This document shows positions 37,801-51,407 of a stretch of DNA of 64,000 bases, in pieces. The first letter of the stretch is position 1. Each line of letters begins with the position of its first letter. Origin of the DNA: Octopus bimaculoides (taxonomy: Eukaryota); the NCBI RefSeq assembly GCF_001194135.2, contig NC_069006.1, positions 6,997,261 to 7,061,260 on the forward strand, given 5' to 3'. The position numbers were made by a program, and so were the translations under genes. The notes beneath the pieces were generated by a model, which did no database searches, had not been told where the DNA came from, and worked only from the letters and a program-made list of their open reading frames with translations.

Positions 37801-38764
37801 TAAAGATAGTGAGCTGACAGATTCAAAACCAAGCCAGACAAAATGTTTTGTGGCGTTTCGTTTGTCTTTACATTCCAAGTTCAAAGTCCACCAAGGCTAC
37901 CTGACCCTTTCAGGGTTGATAAAACGAAAACCAGTTGATCACCAGGGTCAATGTAATTGACTTACTCCCTTTTCCAAGCATGCTGGCCTTGTGCCAAAAT
38001 TTGAAACCATTATTAAAATGGTTAAGGTGGCAAAATTGTAAACACATCGGGCAAAATGCTAAGCAACCTTTCATCTGTCTTTCATATTCCAAGTTCAAAT
38101 TCTGCTCAAGTCAATTCTGATAAAAGAAGTACCAGTTAAGTACTGGGGTCGATGTAGTCGACTGTCTCCCTCTCTACAAAATTGCAGGCCCTGTGCCTAA
38201 AGTAGATATGCTTCATCATTTAACGTCCACTGTCCATGCTGGCATGGGTTAGACAGTTTGACGGGGGCTAGCACGCTGGAAGGCTGCACCAGACTCCAGT
38301 CTGATTTGGCATGGTTTTCTACGGCTGGATGCCCTTCCTGACGCCAACCCCTCCGAGAGTGTAATGGATGCTTTTATGTGCCATTGGCACAGCTGCCATA
38401 TGCACGACACCAGAACATTTAATTTTAGATCACTTCAAAAACAGAGAATTTATATAATTGAACCAAGGAGCCAATATCAGGCAGGTTGGTATCCAAAGGA
38501 TTAAAAAGATGACGATGATGATGATGACTGATTTGATTTTACTCCAGGCCTAAATGGGACAACACAATTTCTTCCTCTCAGACAAAGGGCAAAGACTGAA
38601 GCGTTAAGAATCTATATTCTTCAAAACAAATAAACCAATCAAATTCCTCTCCTATTGACTAATAATTGATGCCAATGCAGACCACCACCCATTACCATTT
38701 GTTTCTGCTGAAGTAAAAGTTGGCACAGTGCCTTGTCAAAAGTAATCCATAAAGTATTTAAACA

Positions 38765-38798
<34 letters not shown>

Positions 38799-39241
38799 GC
38801 AGTCTTATAGATTTGCCCTAACTGAACAATCACTAACACTGGAATCAATGAAGTTACTGGTGGTGTTTGTTGTTAGTATGGGTACTATCAATGCTGCACT
38901 GTATCCATAACCAAAATACTGAATCACTGTGAAAATGGTGAGTGTTGCTGCCGTCAAGGGGAGCCAAATCCAGTGCAGACTGGAGTCCAGTACTGAATGA
39001 TCGCAACAAGGTTGCTCACCTGTCCATGAAGAACTTCCTTACTCATATCCAATATATAATATGTGTGTGTGTGTACATATATATATATACATTTATAAAC
39101 AAAATTAAGGGATCAGCAACAGGTTGCTTCACCACATACCGAAGTTCAGAAATAGCAGCTAAAAATGCTTACATACCGAAGGGCTTGGTAAAAATTATTA
39201 ATTATTAATAAATTGATAATCCTTTACCCTTTTAATTGTAA

Positions 39242-39244
<3 letters not shown>

Positions 39245-39335
<91 letters not shown>

Positions 39336-39340
39336 TTCAC
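39245..39340. repeat. (TA)n(CA)n compound microsatellite
   Basis: Read directly. Many similar tracts flank SINEs and N-gaps. Confidence 0.95.
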
Positions 39341-39354
39341 ACATGCAGACATAA

Positions 39355-39735
39355 AGCAGGTGAGGTAAGAAGTTTGCTTCCCAACCACATGGTTCTGGGT
39401 TCAGTCCCACTGCATGACACTGTGGAGCAACTGTCTTCTACTATAACCTTGGGCCAACCAAAACCCTATAAGTGGATCTGGTAGATGGAAGCTGAAAGAA
39501 GCCCATCATGTGTGTGTGTGTGTGTGTTTCTGTCTTGTGTTTGTCCCAGCTTGACAACCAGTGTTGGTGTATTTATGTCCCTGTAACATAGTGATTCAGC
39601 AAAGGAAACTGATAGAATAAGTGCCAGACTTAAAATATAATATGCACCAGGGTCGATTCATTCAACTAACAATCCTTCAAGGTGGTGCCCCAGCATGGCC
39701 ACGGTCAAATCACTGAAACAAGTAAAAGATAAACG
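39355..39735 (+). mobile_element. SINE family A, full-length copy
   Basis: Same head, microsatellite and tail as the other copies. Confidence 0.8.
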
Positions 39736-42109
39736 ATAAGAGGCTGGCTCTGAATGTCTTCTTCTTTCTCATCAGACAAAAGAAGGACATTTGTGGCAGA
39801 TACAGGTGTCACGCAAACTGGCACCCGTGCCGGTGGTATGTAAACGCACCCAGGTGTCATGCAAACAGCACTCATGCCGGTGGCACATAAAATCACCGAT
39901 TACACTCTCAGAGGGGTTGGCATTAAGAAGGGCATCCAACCATAGAAAATCATGCCAAATCAGACTGGAGTCTGGGGCAGCCTTTCAGTGTACCAGCCCA
40001 GTCAAACCGTCCAACCCATGCTTTGTTTTTAACAGCAGACTGCATCTCCCACACTAAACTCACTCAACTGTGAACTGACATGGGACTGGCCACTCTGATC
40101 CTCTTGCCTCTGTCACCTAATATTTTAAATTGTGCATTTGTGGGTGTACATATAGAAAAAGATAGGAGTTATCATCGTCCACTTTAACTTCCAGGTTTCA
40201 TGCTGATTATGTTGGACATTTCCGACATGATCCAGCAAGCCAGAACAGCTGTAGTGATCTCCTATGTCAGGTTTGGTATGGCTGGACACCTTTCCTAAAA
40301 CCCAACCATTTAAGGGTTGGTGTTTAGAACTATTAAATGATTTCTGAAATAGACACAAGATCATAAATCTGAGGCCAGGGTATGGTCAATTACATTGACC
40401 TGTCTTTGTATGTATCAATAAGGAAGCCACTAGCCCAATGGTTCTAACCGCAGCTCCGAGGACCTCACCCAGCCCTCAAGCATCCTTCCAGTGTCCCCTA
40501 ATGGTCTTCCCTCTACAGATGTAAGTTTTTCTTCAATTGACTTGTATTTTACATTTTTTTGGGTGCAGCCCCCTAAAGAAATCCAGGTTTGGGACTCAGC
40601 CTGGGTATTAAAAAGGTTAAGAATCACTGCTCTATGCAACTGATTGAACTGTTAAAAATACTAGCTAAATCTCCCCATTTTGTATTTAAAAGTGAAGGTA
40701 ACACCACACAACGTAAACCAAGATATTTTAAAAGGATGGAATGATCACAACTGCAATGCATCCCACATAAACTTGCACAATAAGGGTTAACCTCAGGATA
40801 AACAATATCAGGTACATACTTTATTAACCCCGGAAAAATGAAGGGCAACGTTGTCCTCAGTATTATCTGAACCCATAATGTAAAGAGCCATAACCTGATT
40901 TGATCTGGTAGTTCATATTATCAGTATTTTAACATCTACTTTTCCATGCTTCCATGGGTTGGATGGAAATTGAGGTGGATTTTGTATGGTCAGATGCCCT
41001 ACTCATCACCAATCCTCACTTGTTTGCAGGTGAGGTAATATATCCCCCCATGACCAAACATGTTTTCACAGAAGATTGGAAAGGATACTAGTTGCGTAAC
41101 AGTGACTCTCACTTGCAAGTATCATGGGAAGACAAGGAAAGGAAATGACAACACACCCATGCACATATACATACATATATATATATAAAGAAAGAGAGAG
41201 CTTCTTTCAGTTTCCATCTACCAAATCCACTTGCAAGAGTTTGGTCAGTCTGGTACTATAGTAGAGGACACTGGCCCAAGGTGCCACACAGTGGGACTGA
41301 ACTTGGAACCATGTGGTTGGGAAGCAAGCTTCTTACCACATATGTGTGTAGCAATGGCTTTTTTTCCATTGTTAGAAAACAAATCCCATTCCAGTTGCCT
41401 AGATGCTTTAGCGAACACAGTAAAAAGGCCATTATTAGCCACAAACTACAAAAGTTTTATGAGTTGACAAAACATGAAGGATATCAACCACCGGAACACC
41501 TTGTCTAGTAAACAATTAAAACATTCTATGTTTTCCAAGAACATGTGGTTGTTGCTAGCACAGTACACAACGAGCCTAACACACACACACACACAGTGGA
41601 ACAATGAAGTTAGTAAATCTGGAGGCAAGTTTGCAGAGGAAGAAAGATGACTTTGCTGATATTTGTCATGGTAGGTGGCCTTGTGCCAATGTCAGAAATC
41701 AATATTTGTCATGCTACTGTAGTCTCTCACCTAAAGCACTGTATATCAAAGTTAACTTAATCAGGTCATACACAATACAATGCTCTCTCGCTCTCTCTCT
41801 AGCAATATATATTTGCTGATAACTTCATCAGCTGATGTTGAAAAATCAAAGAAGGCCACATATATATANNNNNNNNNNNNNNNNNNNNNNNNNNNNNNNN
41901 NNNNNNNNNNNNNNNNNNNNNNNNNNNNNNNNNNNNNNNNNNNNNNNNNNNNNNNNNNNNNNNNNNNNNNNNNNNNNNNNNNNNNNNNNNNNNNNNNNNN
42001 NNNNNNNNNNNNNNNNNNNNNNNNNNNNNNNNNNNNNNNNNNNNNNNNNNNNNNNNNNNNNNNNNNNNNNNNNNNNNNNNNNNNNNNNNNNNNNNNNNNN
42101 NNNNNNNNN

Positions 42110-42148
<39 letters not shown>

Positions 42149-45100
42149 TTCTATCACATAATAAAAGCAATTTTTACATTAAACTGAAAGATTATTCAAT
42201 AGAGAAGAAATTTATTATTCTCCTACAAGAATAGTATTGACAGTGATTTTAAAGTTTTGTCTAGTCCAATGAAGGCTTTGCTGGCTGAAACTTCAAAGTT
42301 ACTATCAATACTATACTTGTTAAAGAATAATACACACACACACACACACACACACAGTGCAGAACAACTACTTACATAGGATGATTTTTTAAACTATTAT
42401 TGTACATAGTCAACTTGCTAGAAATAACAGCTAAAACTCCCTCAAAGTCCAGCCTATCATTTTAAAAAGAGATGGGATATAGTGGAAGAATCTGAATAGG
42501 ATATGCAAAATCAGACAAAGAAGACAAAAGTGATCATAGCTGGAACAGGTTTGATCCATTTCCATAGCAGAACTGGAGACAGGATTTCTCAAGATGAATA
42601 CCACCGTTTATCAGGCTTTCAACAATGTATCTGCTTTAAATACGATGCACAGATTGCTATTTTGAACTAATACTGCTTCTGTCAATAATAACAAATTTTT
42701 ATTCAGCTTGCTGGCAAATTGCAACACCAGATAGCTTTCAATCTCAGTTCAACTATATCGATAACAACAGATTTTCTCCCAGTGGGTATTTTGCAAGTGA
42801 GAAAACTCAAAGAAGCAAGAAATCTGTATTTAGCAATGCCATCATGCTGCTGGACATCTGCTTCTTATCTATTTCTGCATTCTTTAACACTCACGAGACA
42901 AATCCTGCAGTTTAGCAAGCTTTCAACAATAAAAAAAAATTATTAAAATAGACCATAGACCTCAGATGCCAATTAATGACACATTGACATTACTGAGGGT
43001 ATCCAGCCATAGAAACTGTGCCTGGCAGACATTGGAGCTTGATGTAATCCTTGTACACATTGGATCCTGTCAAATCATCCAACCCATGCCAGCAAGGAAC
43101 ATGGATGAGGATGACGAAAACAAACCCCTACACCACTAAAAAAAAAATTTTAATGGGGGTGGGGGTGGGGGAGTGTATGTGTTTGCCATCCAATGAACGT
43201 CAAAGAGAAAGATGCTTTGCCCCTAAGGGTTTGTAAGATGAATAAAAGATACCAATATCACCACTTCCAGCTGAGTTTAAATGAATTGATGGAAACAGAA
43301 ATTCTGTGATTTAATCAACTCCCAGCTGGAATTTGTGTCAAGTGATTCGGAGTGAGGAAGGGGTCTAATTTAAACAGATTCCTTCATTTAGCCCCAGGTC
43401 AGCCTTCACTAAACTCAACTATGATCAAAAGTATTCCAACTGTGATCATCTCTCTCTCTCACTCTCTCACTCTCTCTCTTTTTAGCCATAGTGTATCTAG
43501 GACTATATAATCTAATGTGTAATTCTGTGTTTTGATGGCTGCTATTTCCTGCAGGCCAAGCAACCATATGGAGGCTCCTTCACTAGATCAACAAAATCTT
43601 ATCATCCTGGCAGAGAAATCCTACATAGGATGTTCAGATGTGCTGGAGAGTACCCCTGACTTCCATACCACAAAGAGTACTGGTGATAGGAATACTTACA
43701 GACAGTTTGGTGCCCATAGAAAAATTTGAAATGAACACTACAAGGCTGCCTCATCTCCTAGAAATAGCTGCCAAACCTCCTTCAACCCACACTATACTAC
43801 CTTAAGATAGGAAGGTCCTATTGGATACTGTAGTCATAAATAGATTATACCATGCCTGAAAATCAAAAAGGCAGGATGGTCACAGTTGGAACGCCTTTGG
43901 TCATATATAAGTCTGCTCGTTCTGTGTACTGACCAGGAGCTAAACAACAAATGACAGGCACTACTCTATGGTGCTTTCATAACTTTCGCCGATTTATAAG
44001 GATGCTTGAAGGGAAAATCTGTTACTGTGAGAGAAAATTAATACAGCAAAAGATTTCTGAAATAAGGTTTAAAAAGTCTAAATATACAAGAGAATTTAAC
44101 CATTTTGATATGAACTCATCTGAGACCACTTCTGGTTCGGTGATGCTCCAATAAGGACAGAATTGAAACAAAAGCAGTGTTGGACAACAGAAATATGGGA
44201 ACAAAAGGGTTAAAGTGATTTGAATTAAAACCATCCATCGAAATTTCATGTTAATCTGTTCTAAATACCAGCTTAATAATGACAAAGTTATTATACTAAA
44301 TTCTTTGTTATTTTCAAAATTAATTCAAAGAAATATGGCAACAAAAAGTTTGAAAGATACAATATATTTGGTATCAAAAAGGATTCAAGCTAACCTGAGA
44401 GAAAAACTGGGTGTAAAAGGCATCAGATGTAGGGAAGAAGATGAAGAACATATGGATGATGACAGGTAAGGAAGTGTGAGGAAATCCTTTGGATGGTAAC
44501 AGAGGAAGGGGAAGAAATGGACAGAATTGGTAGAAATTGAACTCAGGATGAAGAACTTTGCAAAAGAGATGACAAAGAAGATCTCCAAGTGGTTTTTAAG
44601 ACTCCCTCACAATTTTAGGTGAAATCTCATTAGTTGTACTGATCCATTCAAAGGTAAACCATTTAACAGGGTGGCACTTGGTTAATTTTGTTAAATATAG
44701 TGGAATACCTTCTTAGCTGGCAGAAGCGGATACACATGAACGAGTAAGGACCTACCTGACCGCTATCATGGGTTTGCTTGATCAGAGCAGATCTACGATT
44801 AAAACAACTGAAAAAACTTTTGTGAAATCCATGCAAATATCTATGTGTGGACAAACAATTAGTTCACGCCAGCACTTTGTTTTGGTAGTAAAGGTCAACC
44901 AAAATATATTACTGGTACCTATTTCATTAACACTGGCAGGATTTTAACAAAGCGGAATGAAACTAAATACATGATTCAGCACACCAGCCACACTCCGCCC
45001 TTCAGTAGTAGTAGCAGTGACAGTTTACTGAGATAAGCCTGAAACATGAGGATTTTTAGAAATGGAGAAAGAGATGAAGTTGGCAACATTCTTAGCTTTG

Positions 45101-47703
45101 CCAAAGGTTAAGAATTTCAAATGAAACAGGAGTCTTCAGCGCAGACTGAGAAATACAGTATCATACAGTACCCTTGTACTGTAGTAAAGTACCTAGTCTG
45201 GTGCTCAGCTATTTCAACCAGCTCACATCTCATGCACACCACAAATTCTTGTGTTCTTGTTTTGTATTGTTCTCAGTCATTGCACTATGGCCATGTTGGG
45301 GCACCAGAGTATAGTCAATTACATCAACACCCACTACTCCCAGTATGTAATCTATCTCAGAAAGATGAAGGGCAAATTGAAATTGGGTGGGATTTGAACT
45401 CAGAACGATACCAAACACCTCCAGGTATTTCACTGTTCATTCTATCAATCCAGTTATCCATCCAGTACAATATTAATGATGTTTTAATTATATGTTGAAA
45501 ACCATATGTTTGTTAACATCAATTAGAATTAATGAACAAAGGTCTTTGGTTTTAATTAACCCTCAACAGAAATGAACCAATGAGAGTCTTCTCCAATGTA
45601 ATCGCTCTCAACCATTCCTTTTTACCTATGGACCCCTTTGATTACTATTTTATTCTGGTGGACCCCCAAATCCACTCGATGTTTAAAAAACTTGTTTTAT
45701 AGATACTTCTTTCCGATGTTCACTTGTGTAGATTTGTAACGGGTTTTAGTGGCTGGAAGCATGGAGAATTATATTAAGAGAAGGAAACCTAGCTGTTTCT
45801 TGCAATTAATACATCTAAAGCAACTTTTCATGGACCCTTAAAATACTTGAAAAGACTTGTCAAACTAAGTGAGACCATAATGTAACTGGCAGTTGTGCCG
45901 GTCGCACATAAAACGTGCCCTTCAAACATTGAACTTTACAGAGATGATGACATGTGACCAAGGCCTTTGGCGATACGCTGTGCTTGAGAAGACTCGTCAA
46001 GACAAGTGAAGTTGTAGTCATGGCCGATGCCAGTGTCATGTAAGTGGCACCCATGCCAGTGACACATAAAAGCACCCATTACACTCTCGGAGTGGTTGGC
46101 ATTAGGAAGGGCATCCAGCTGTAGAAACCATGCCAAATCAGACTGGAAATTGGTGCACCTCTCCAGTTTCAGTCAAACCATCTAACCCATACCAGCATGG
46201 AAAGCAGACGCTAAATGATGGTCACACCAATTTACTGTTTTGCTTGTGTGGACACCCAAAATTCTTATACTGACCCAAGTTAAGAACCACGCCTTTAATG
46301 TGACTCCTTGGCCTCACAAAAATAACAAATTCTCCCTCAAAGAACAAACAGTGCAGTCTTGGATATCCATAAGCAAATGGAATGGTCATGACTGGAACTA
46401 TTCACACATCTGATCAACCAAGGTTGATTTGGGATTAACGTTTGCGTTACCAACCCAGCTGAAACCGCTTCTGGCTCAGTAGTACAAATGTCTTGTTTCC
46501 AAAAGTTCTGAATTAAAATCTTCCACCAAACCTTAGTCACAATTTATATTCCTAACTAACACTAACTTAATGATAACTGAGTTATTTTAATAAAATATTT
46601 ATTATATTTAAAATTAAGTGAAAGAAACACAGAGCAACTCAAAATAAATACAGTAATGAAAGTGTTAAGCAACAACAACAACAACAATCTAAGAGATGGA
46701 TTATTTTGAGGTTTCTACTGAAGTATTGTGTATCTGTGTGGTTAAGAAGTTTGCTTTCAAGCAGGATGGCTTCAGACTCAATCCCACTATATAGGCACCT
46801 TGGGCAAGTGTTTTCTACTATAGCCCCAAACTGACCAAAAATTGCAGCTATAGTTGATTTCAAAGAGAAGATTTGACCCCAGTGAAGGATTTGTCTGTCT
46901 TTATCAGCCCAAAAAGAGTAAAAGGCTAAGTTCACCTTAACAGTATTTGAGTTCAGAGAACTGGAATGACTGTTAAACAATTGATTTGATGTTTTAATAA
47001 TGTAACTAACTAGCACTCCATCGGGGGTTCCAGTTGATCCAATTAACAGAATGGCCTGCCCATGAAATTAACATGCAAGCGGCTGAGCACTCCACAGATG
47101 TAACCTTAACATTGTTGGCAGGGAGATTCAGCATGACATAGAATGTGACAAGGTTGGCCCTTTGAATTACTGGTACATCCTCTTTAATAATATGAAAGTG
47201 CCTTGCTCAAGAACACAACACACCACTGAGAATCGAACTCACAATGTTACAATCATGAGCCAAATACCTAGTGCCTATGATGACTTGACTAATTCATCAC
47301 AGGAATGGAGATGAAAATTCTTTAATGTTTTTTGGAAGGACAGAAAAGAATTAGACATGAAGTATTGTCTTCACCTCCAACTGGAAGATCTGTCACACAG
47401 ATGTGCATTTGTCAATATTGCTGTCTGAGTGGAAATACAACAAATTAAGGAAAAATATTGAGAAAGAAAGAGAGAAAAAAGTATTTGAAACATAATGAGC
47501 CGTTTAATGTAGTTAATGTTTTTACAATTTCTAAAGAAAGAGGCTTCAAATTCTTTCCCATCGAATTTCACAAAGGAAAAGAATTAAGAGAAGAAAAGAA
47601 AGAAAAAATCAACCTCAACAAGGTTAATTCTTCAGTTTGAAGCATCTTAGCTGGAAATGGACTCTCTTCCTCAACCTTGGATTAATCAATTAGAAGAAAA
47701 ATT

Positions 47704-48272
47704 GGATCTTTTTTAAAACGGGGGCCACATTTTTCATTAACGAAACACTTTGAAACTTGGAACACTGTTAGAATGTGTCATATAAAACATCTTTTTTCTT
47801 TTAGTCTTCTTAAAAAAAAAAGAAATCCATAAGTTATTCCATGTGAAAGTTGTCGTATTTCTGTAATTTCAACCAATCACTGATGTCCATTCAGCCGATA
47901 TACATTAAATGCCGACTACATAAACAAACGATTCTGAAACAATTAACCCTAACCCTAACCCTAGGGTTAGGGTTAGGGTTAAAGCAAATTTAAAATGAAA
48001 AAAGCAAATAAAACGAAGGCATGGAGATTAAATACGCTTTACATCACTTAATCAGCCAAGGGAGTAAATGTAAACAACTGAATACTTGTCAGTGATTGGT
48101 TGAAATTATCGAAATAAGACAATTTTTTACATGAAATAAATTCGAATACAAAAATATTTTTCTGTTCTATAACACAAAATAGATAAGTATACGAAGTTTG
48201 AAAGTCTTTCCGTACCAAAAACACTACGTAAAACATTAATGAAAAATGTGGCCCCCGTTTTAAAATAGATCC
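47704..48272. mobile_element. MITE with 37-bp TIRs and 8-bp TSD (Merlin-like), carrying a telomeric-repeat palindrome
   Basis: TIR GGATCTTTTTTAAAACGGGGGCCACATTTTTCATTAA matches the right end at 36/37. Perfect TSD GAAAAATT at 47696-47703 and 48273-48280. Confidence 0.92.
47943..47982. repeat. Perfect 40-bp telomeric-repeat palindrome, 3+3 repeats
   Basis: Read directly. Confidence 0.97.
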
Positions 48273-48744
48273 GAAAAATTTGTGTAACAGGTGTACTTCT
48301 AAACTGGTTTCAAATTTTTTAGCACAAGGCCAGCAAGTTCAGGCAAGGATTTAAGTCGATAAGATCAACCCCAAAAGAATGAAAAGCAAAGTCAACCTCA
48401 GTGGAATTTTAACTCAGAACATATAGACGGACAAAATGCTTAGCAACATTTTGCCGGCCGTACTAATGATTCTGCCAGCTTGCTTAAACCTTCTAAATTA
48501 TACTTCTAAATTATACACAAGATTTTGTGTGTGTGTTTATGTGTGTATTTGTGTCTGTTTGTCCCCCACACCATCGCTTGACAACCGATGTTGACGTGTT
48601 TACATCCCTGTAACTTAGCAGTTCATCAGAAGAGGTCAATAGAATAAGCACCAGGCTTACAAAGAATAAGTCCAGGGGTCGATTTCTTTAACTAAAAGGC
48701 AGTGCCCCAGCATAGCCACACTCAAATGACTGAGACAAGAGTAA

Positions 48745-48860
48745 TATATGTATGTGTATGGATATATATACTTATATATGTATGTGTGTGTATATATATA
48801 CTTATATATGTATGTGTGTGTATATATATACTTATATATGTATGTGTGTGTATATATATA
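48745..48860. repeat. 30-bp minisatellite TATGTGTGTGTATATATATACTTATATATG, about 3.7 copies
   Basis: Read directly. Confidence 0.9.
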
Positions 48861-50214
48861 TATATATATATAATCATAAATATATAGGGATTGACAGTAA
48901 CCTGCTTCTCCAATATACTGAGAATTCAGAAATAGCAGTCAAAGAACTACTGATTTCAAAACTACAAATTATTCCCTGCCCTGCATATCTNNNNNNNNNN
49001 NNNNNNNNNNNNNNNNNNNNNNNNNNNNNNNNNNNNNNNNNNNNNNNNNNNNNNNNNNNNNNNNNNNNNNNNNNNNNNNNNNNNNNNNATAGCCTCAAGT
49101 CGACCAAAGCCTTGTGAGTGGATTTTGTACATGGAAATTGAAAGAAGACTGTCGTATATATGTGTATATTTGTGAGTGTGTCTGTGTTTGTCCCCCCACC
49201 ATCGCCGGACAACCGATGTTGCTGTGTTTACGTTTCCATAACCTAGCGGTTTGGCAAAAGGCACTGATAGAATAAATACTAGCCTTACAAAGAGTAAGTC
49301 CTGGGGTCGATTTGTTCAACTAAAGGCGGTGCTCCAGCATGGTCGCAGTCAAATGACTGAAACAAGTAAAACAATTAAAAACTATGCCATTTTAACCACG
49401 AGCAATGCCGAGTATCTTTGTTAGTACTTTTATTAAAGCTGCAAAATCTCCGTAAAAACTTCAAAAGACCGTTTACTCAGAGTTTTGCACTCTTGTACAC
49501 TGGACGGTTGTGATGAATGCTCTCATTCATCACAGCCGTCCAACAAATGGAAATGTGAAACTGAGTCAGTTTTGTGAAGATTTTGCAGTTTTAATAAAAG
49601 CATATTACTCTACCTTAGGTATTCGAGTACTATTTTTTTCCGCCTTGTTTTGCATTTACCTGAGTGTATGTGTGTGTGTGTGTGTATGGTTACTATAAAA
49701 TAAAAAGGAAGTTCAAAGTATGGTCCTCGAGTTCCATTAAGAAAGAAGGTAAAGTAGAGTAAGTCTCCTGGACATTCCTGTCTTTGAGTCCTATGACTGG
49801 TACATCTGGTTACCTTGGCTTATATGCAGGGCTGTGGAATCGAACCAAAAAACTTCAACTGACTCCTCTACTATTGGCTCCTCTTTATGTAATTAAATAA
49901 TTGTGGTCTACATATCTCATAAGGCAGATGCATACGCTTGTACTTTGTACCGGTTTATATAAAAGAACAAAGATATTGTGAGTCAGAGTTGATATAGTTT
50001 TACCGACTCTGACTCCACAGCCCTGCTTATAGGTGACTGAGATCACAACATTCCTCCTGCATCAGATACCAATCCAATCTAGAGTCATTCGTTTACAGCT
50101 GAGTGGGCTCAAGAACACAATGTACTGCCTGGTCATGGAATCATGATTACCTAACCACTGGGCCAGGTACCTTCACCATGTACCATTGGCAAAAAATGCC
50201 CATTGTTGTAAGTA

Positions 50215-50545
50215 TCAGGCCAAGTTTGGAGTTATCTTCCACCCTCTCTGACCCAGATGCCCAGTAAAGGGACAGAAGTAATTTTAGAAAGCTATGGTTC
50301 TGAGGAGGAACACGATAGGATGAAGTGTTTACTGTAAGAGGACAGAGAATGAGCTCCAGTAGGGGCAGCTGAGGTGATAGAAGAAACAACATGGCACCTA
50401 CATAAAAGGAGTAGAAGATTTGAGTGAACGTGAAGAATGCTTTTGGATATGGTTTATCAAAGGGGTTTGTACTTTTGGCTGCAGCAGCCATCCCAGATAT
50501 GTGAGAAGTAATTGAGTTATGGAGTAAGTCAGCAAATGACCAGAG
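50215..50545 (-). mobile_element. CR1/L2-group LINE ORF2 C-terminal remnant
   Basis: Frameshifted translation YFSHIWDG / AAAKSTNPFDK resembles the Y.SHIW.G...LD.IQ motif. Confidence 0.45.
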
Positions 50546-51407
50546 GTTTTTCAGATGTCCCAGGCTGACCAAAGCTTTGTGAGTGAATAGAAACTGGAAG
50601 CTGTTATGCACGTGCATATGTGTGTGAGGAAGAGAGAGAAAAAGATCATTAGGAAAATATAAATTTAAGAAAAATATTAGGGAAGAAAAAAACTGACAAG
50701 AACACAGTGACCCTAAAACAAATTCTTAAGGAAGTTGTTCCAGAAGAATAAAATGACCCACCAATTTACACAAATATACTGACACACACATATACAATGT
50801 GTGTGTGGGTGTGGGTGAGAAAAAAGTCTCTTGTACCAGTGTCATAATAATAGAAAGCACCTGCTCTTCACAGTGAAGTGGTTGATAAGGTCTTCTAGGT
50901 GAAAAAACTATGTCAAAACAAGTCGAATGAAAAAATGAATAAATATATATATATATATATATATACATATACATATTAGCAGAGATACTGCTTGGGATTA
51001 AAATGGAATAGTTTGTATATAATATACTACAGTTATGTTGAAACAGGTGATATGGGAAAGTGCAGCATTGACAACAAAACGTTTGTGGAGTAAATGGTGG
51101 GCTTATTCAACTAAGCAACATGCTGTGTGTCCGTTTGAAGTATTTCAGGCCCTAACCTGTCATGGAAAATTGGGGGTGGGGGTTATGTGATTTTTGAACA
51201 CACCGAAAAGCTGTCAGTGCCATGACACTGCATGGACCCCAAATAAGACGTGTAAAATTTGAATAAAATCAGTTGTGTAATTCTCGAGTTTTAGGGATTC
51301 ACACAGACACACTCTTTATATATATAGATAATATATAAGGCTATTATTGTTTACAATAATATCAGGTGGCATAGCATGCATAAAAAATACCATATGGTAA
51401 AAAAGTA

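Noticed and set aside
47425-47455. TTCCTTAAT U12-like branch upstream of a candidate exon
   Set aside because: No matching U12 donor was identified and the exon itself is unproven.
47943-47982. Telomeric repeats as a relic of chromosome fusion
   Set aside because: Orientation is CCCTAA then TTAGGG, the opposite of an end-to-end fusion, and the repeats sit inside a TIR/TSD-bounded element present twice.
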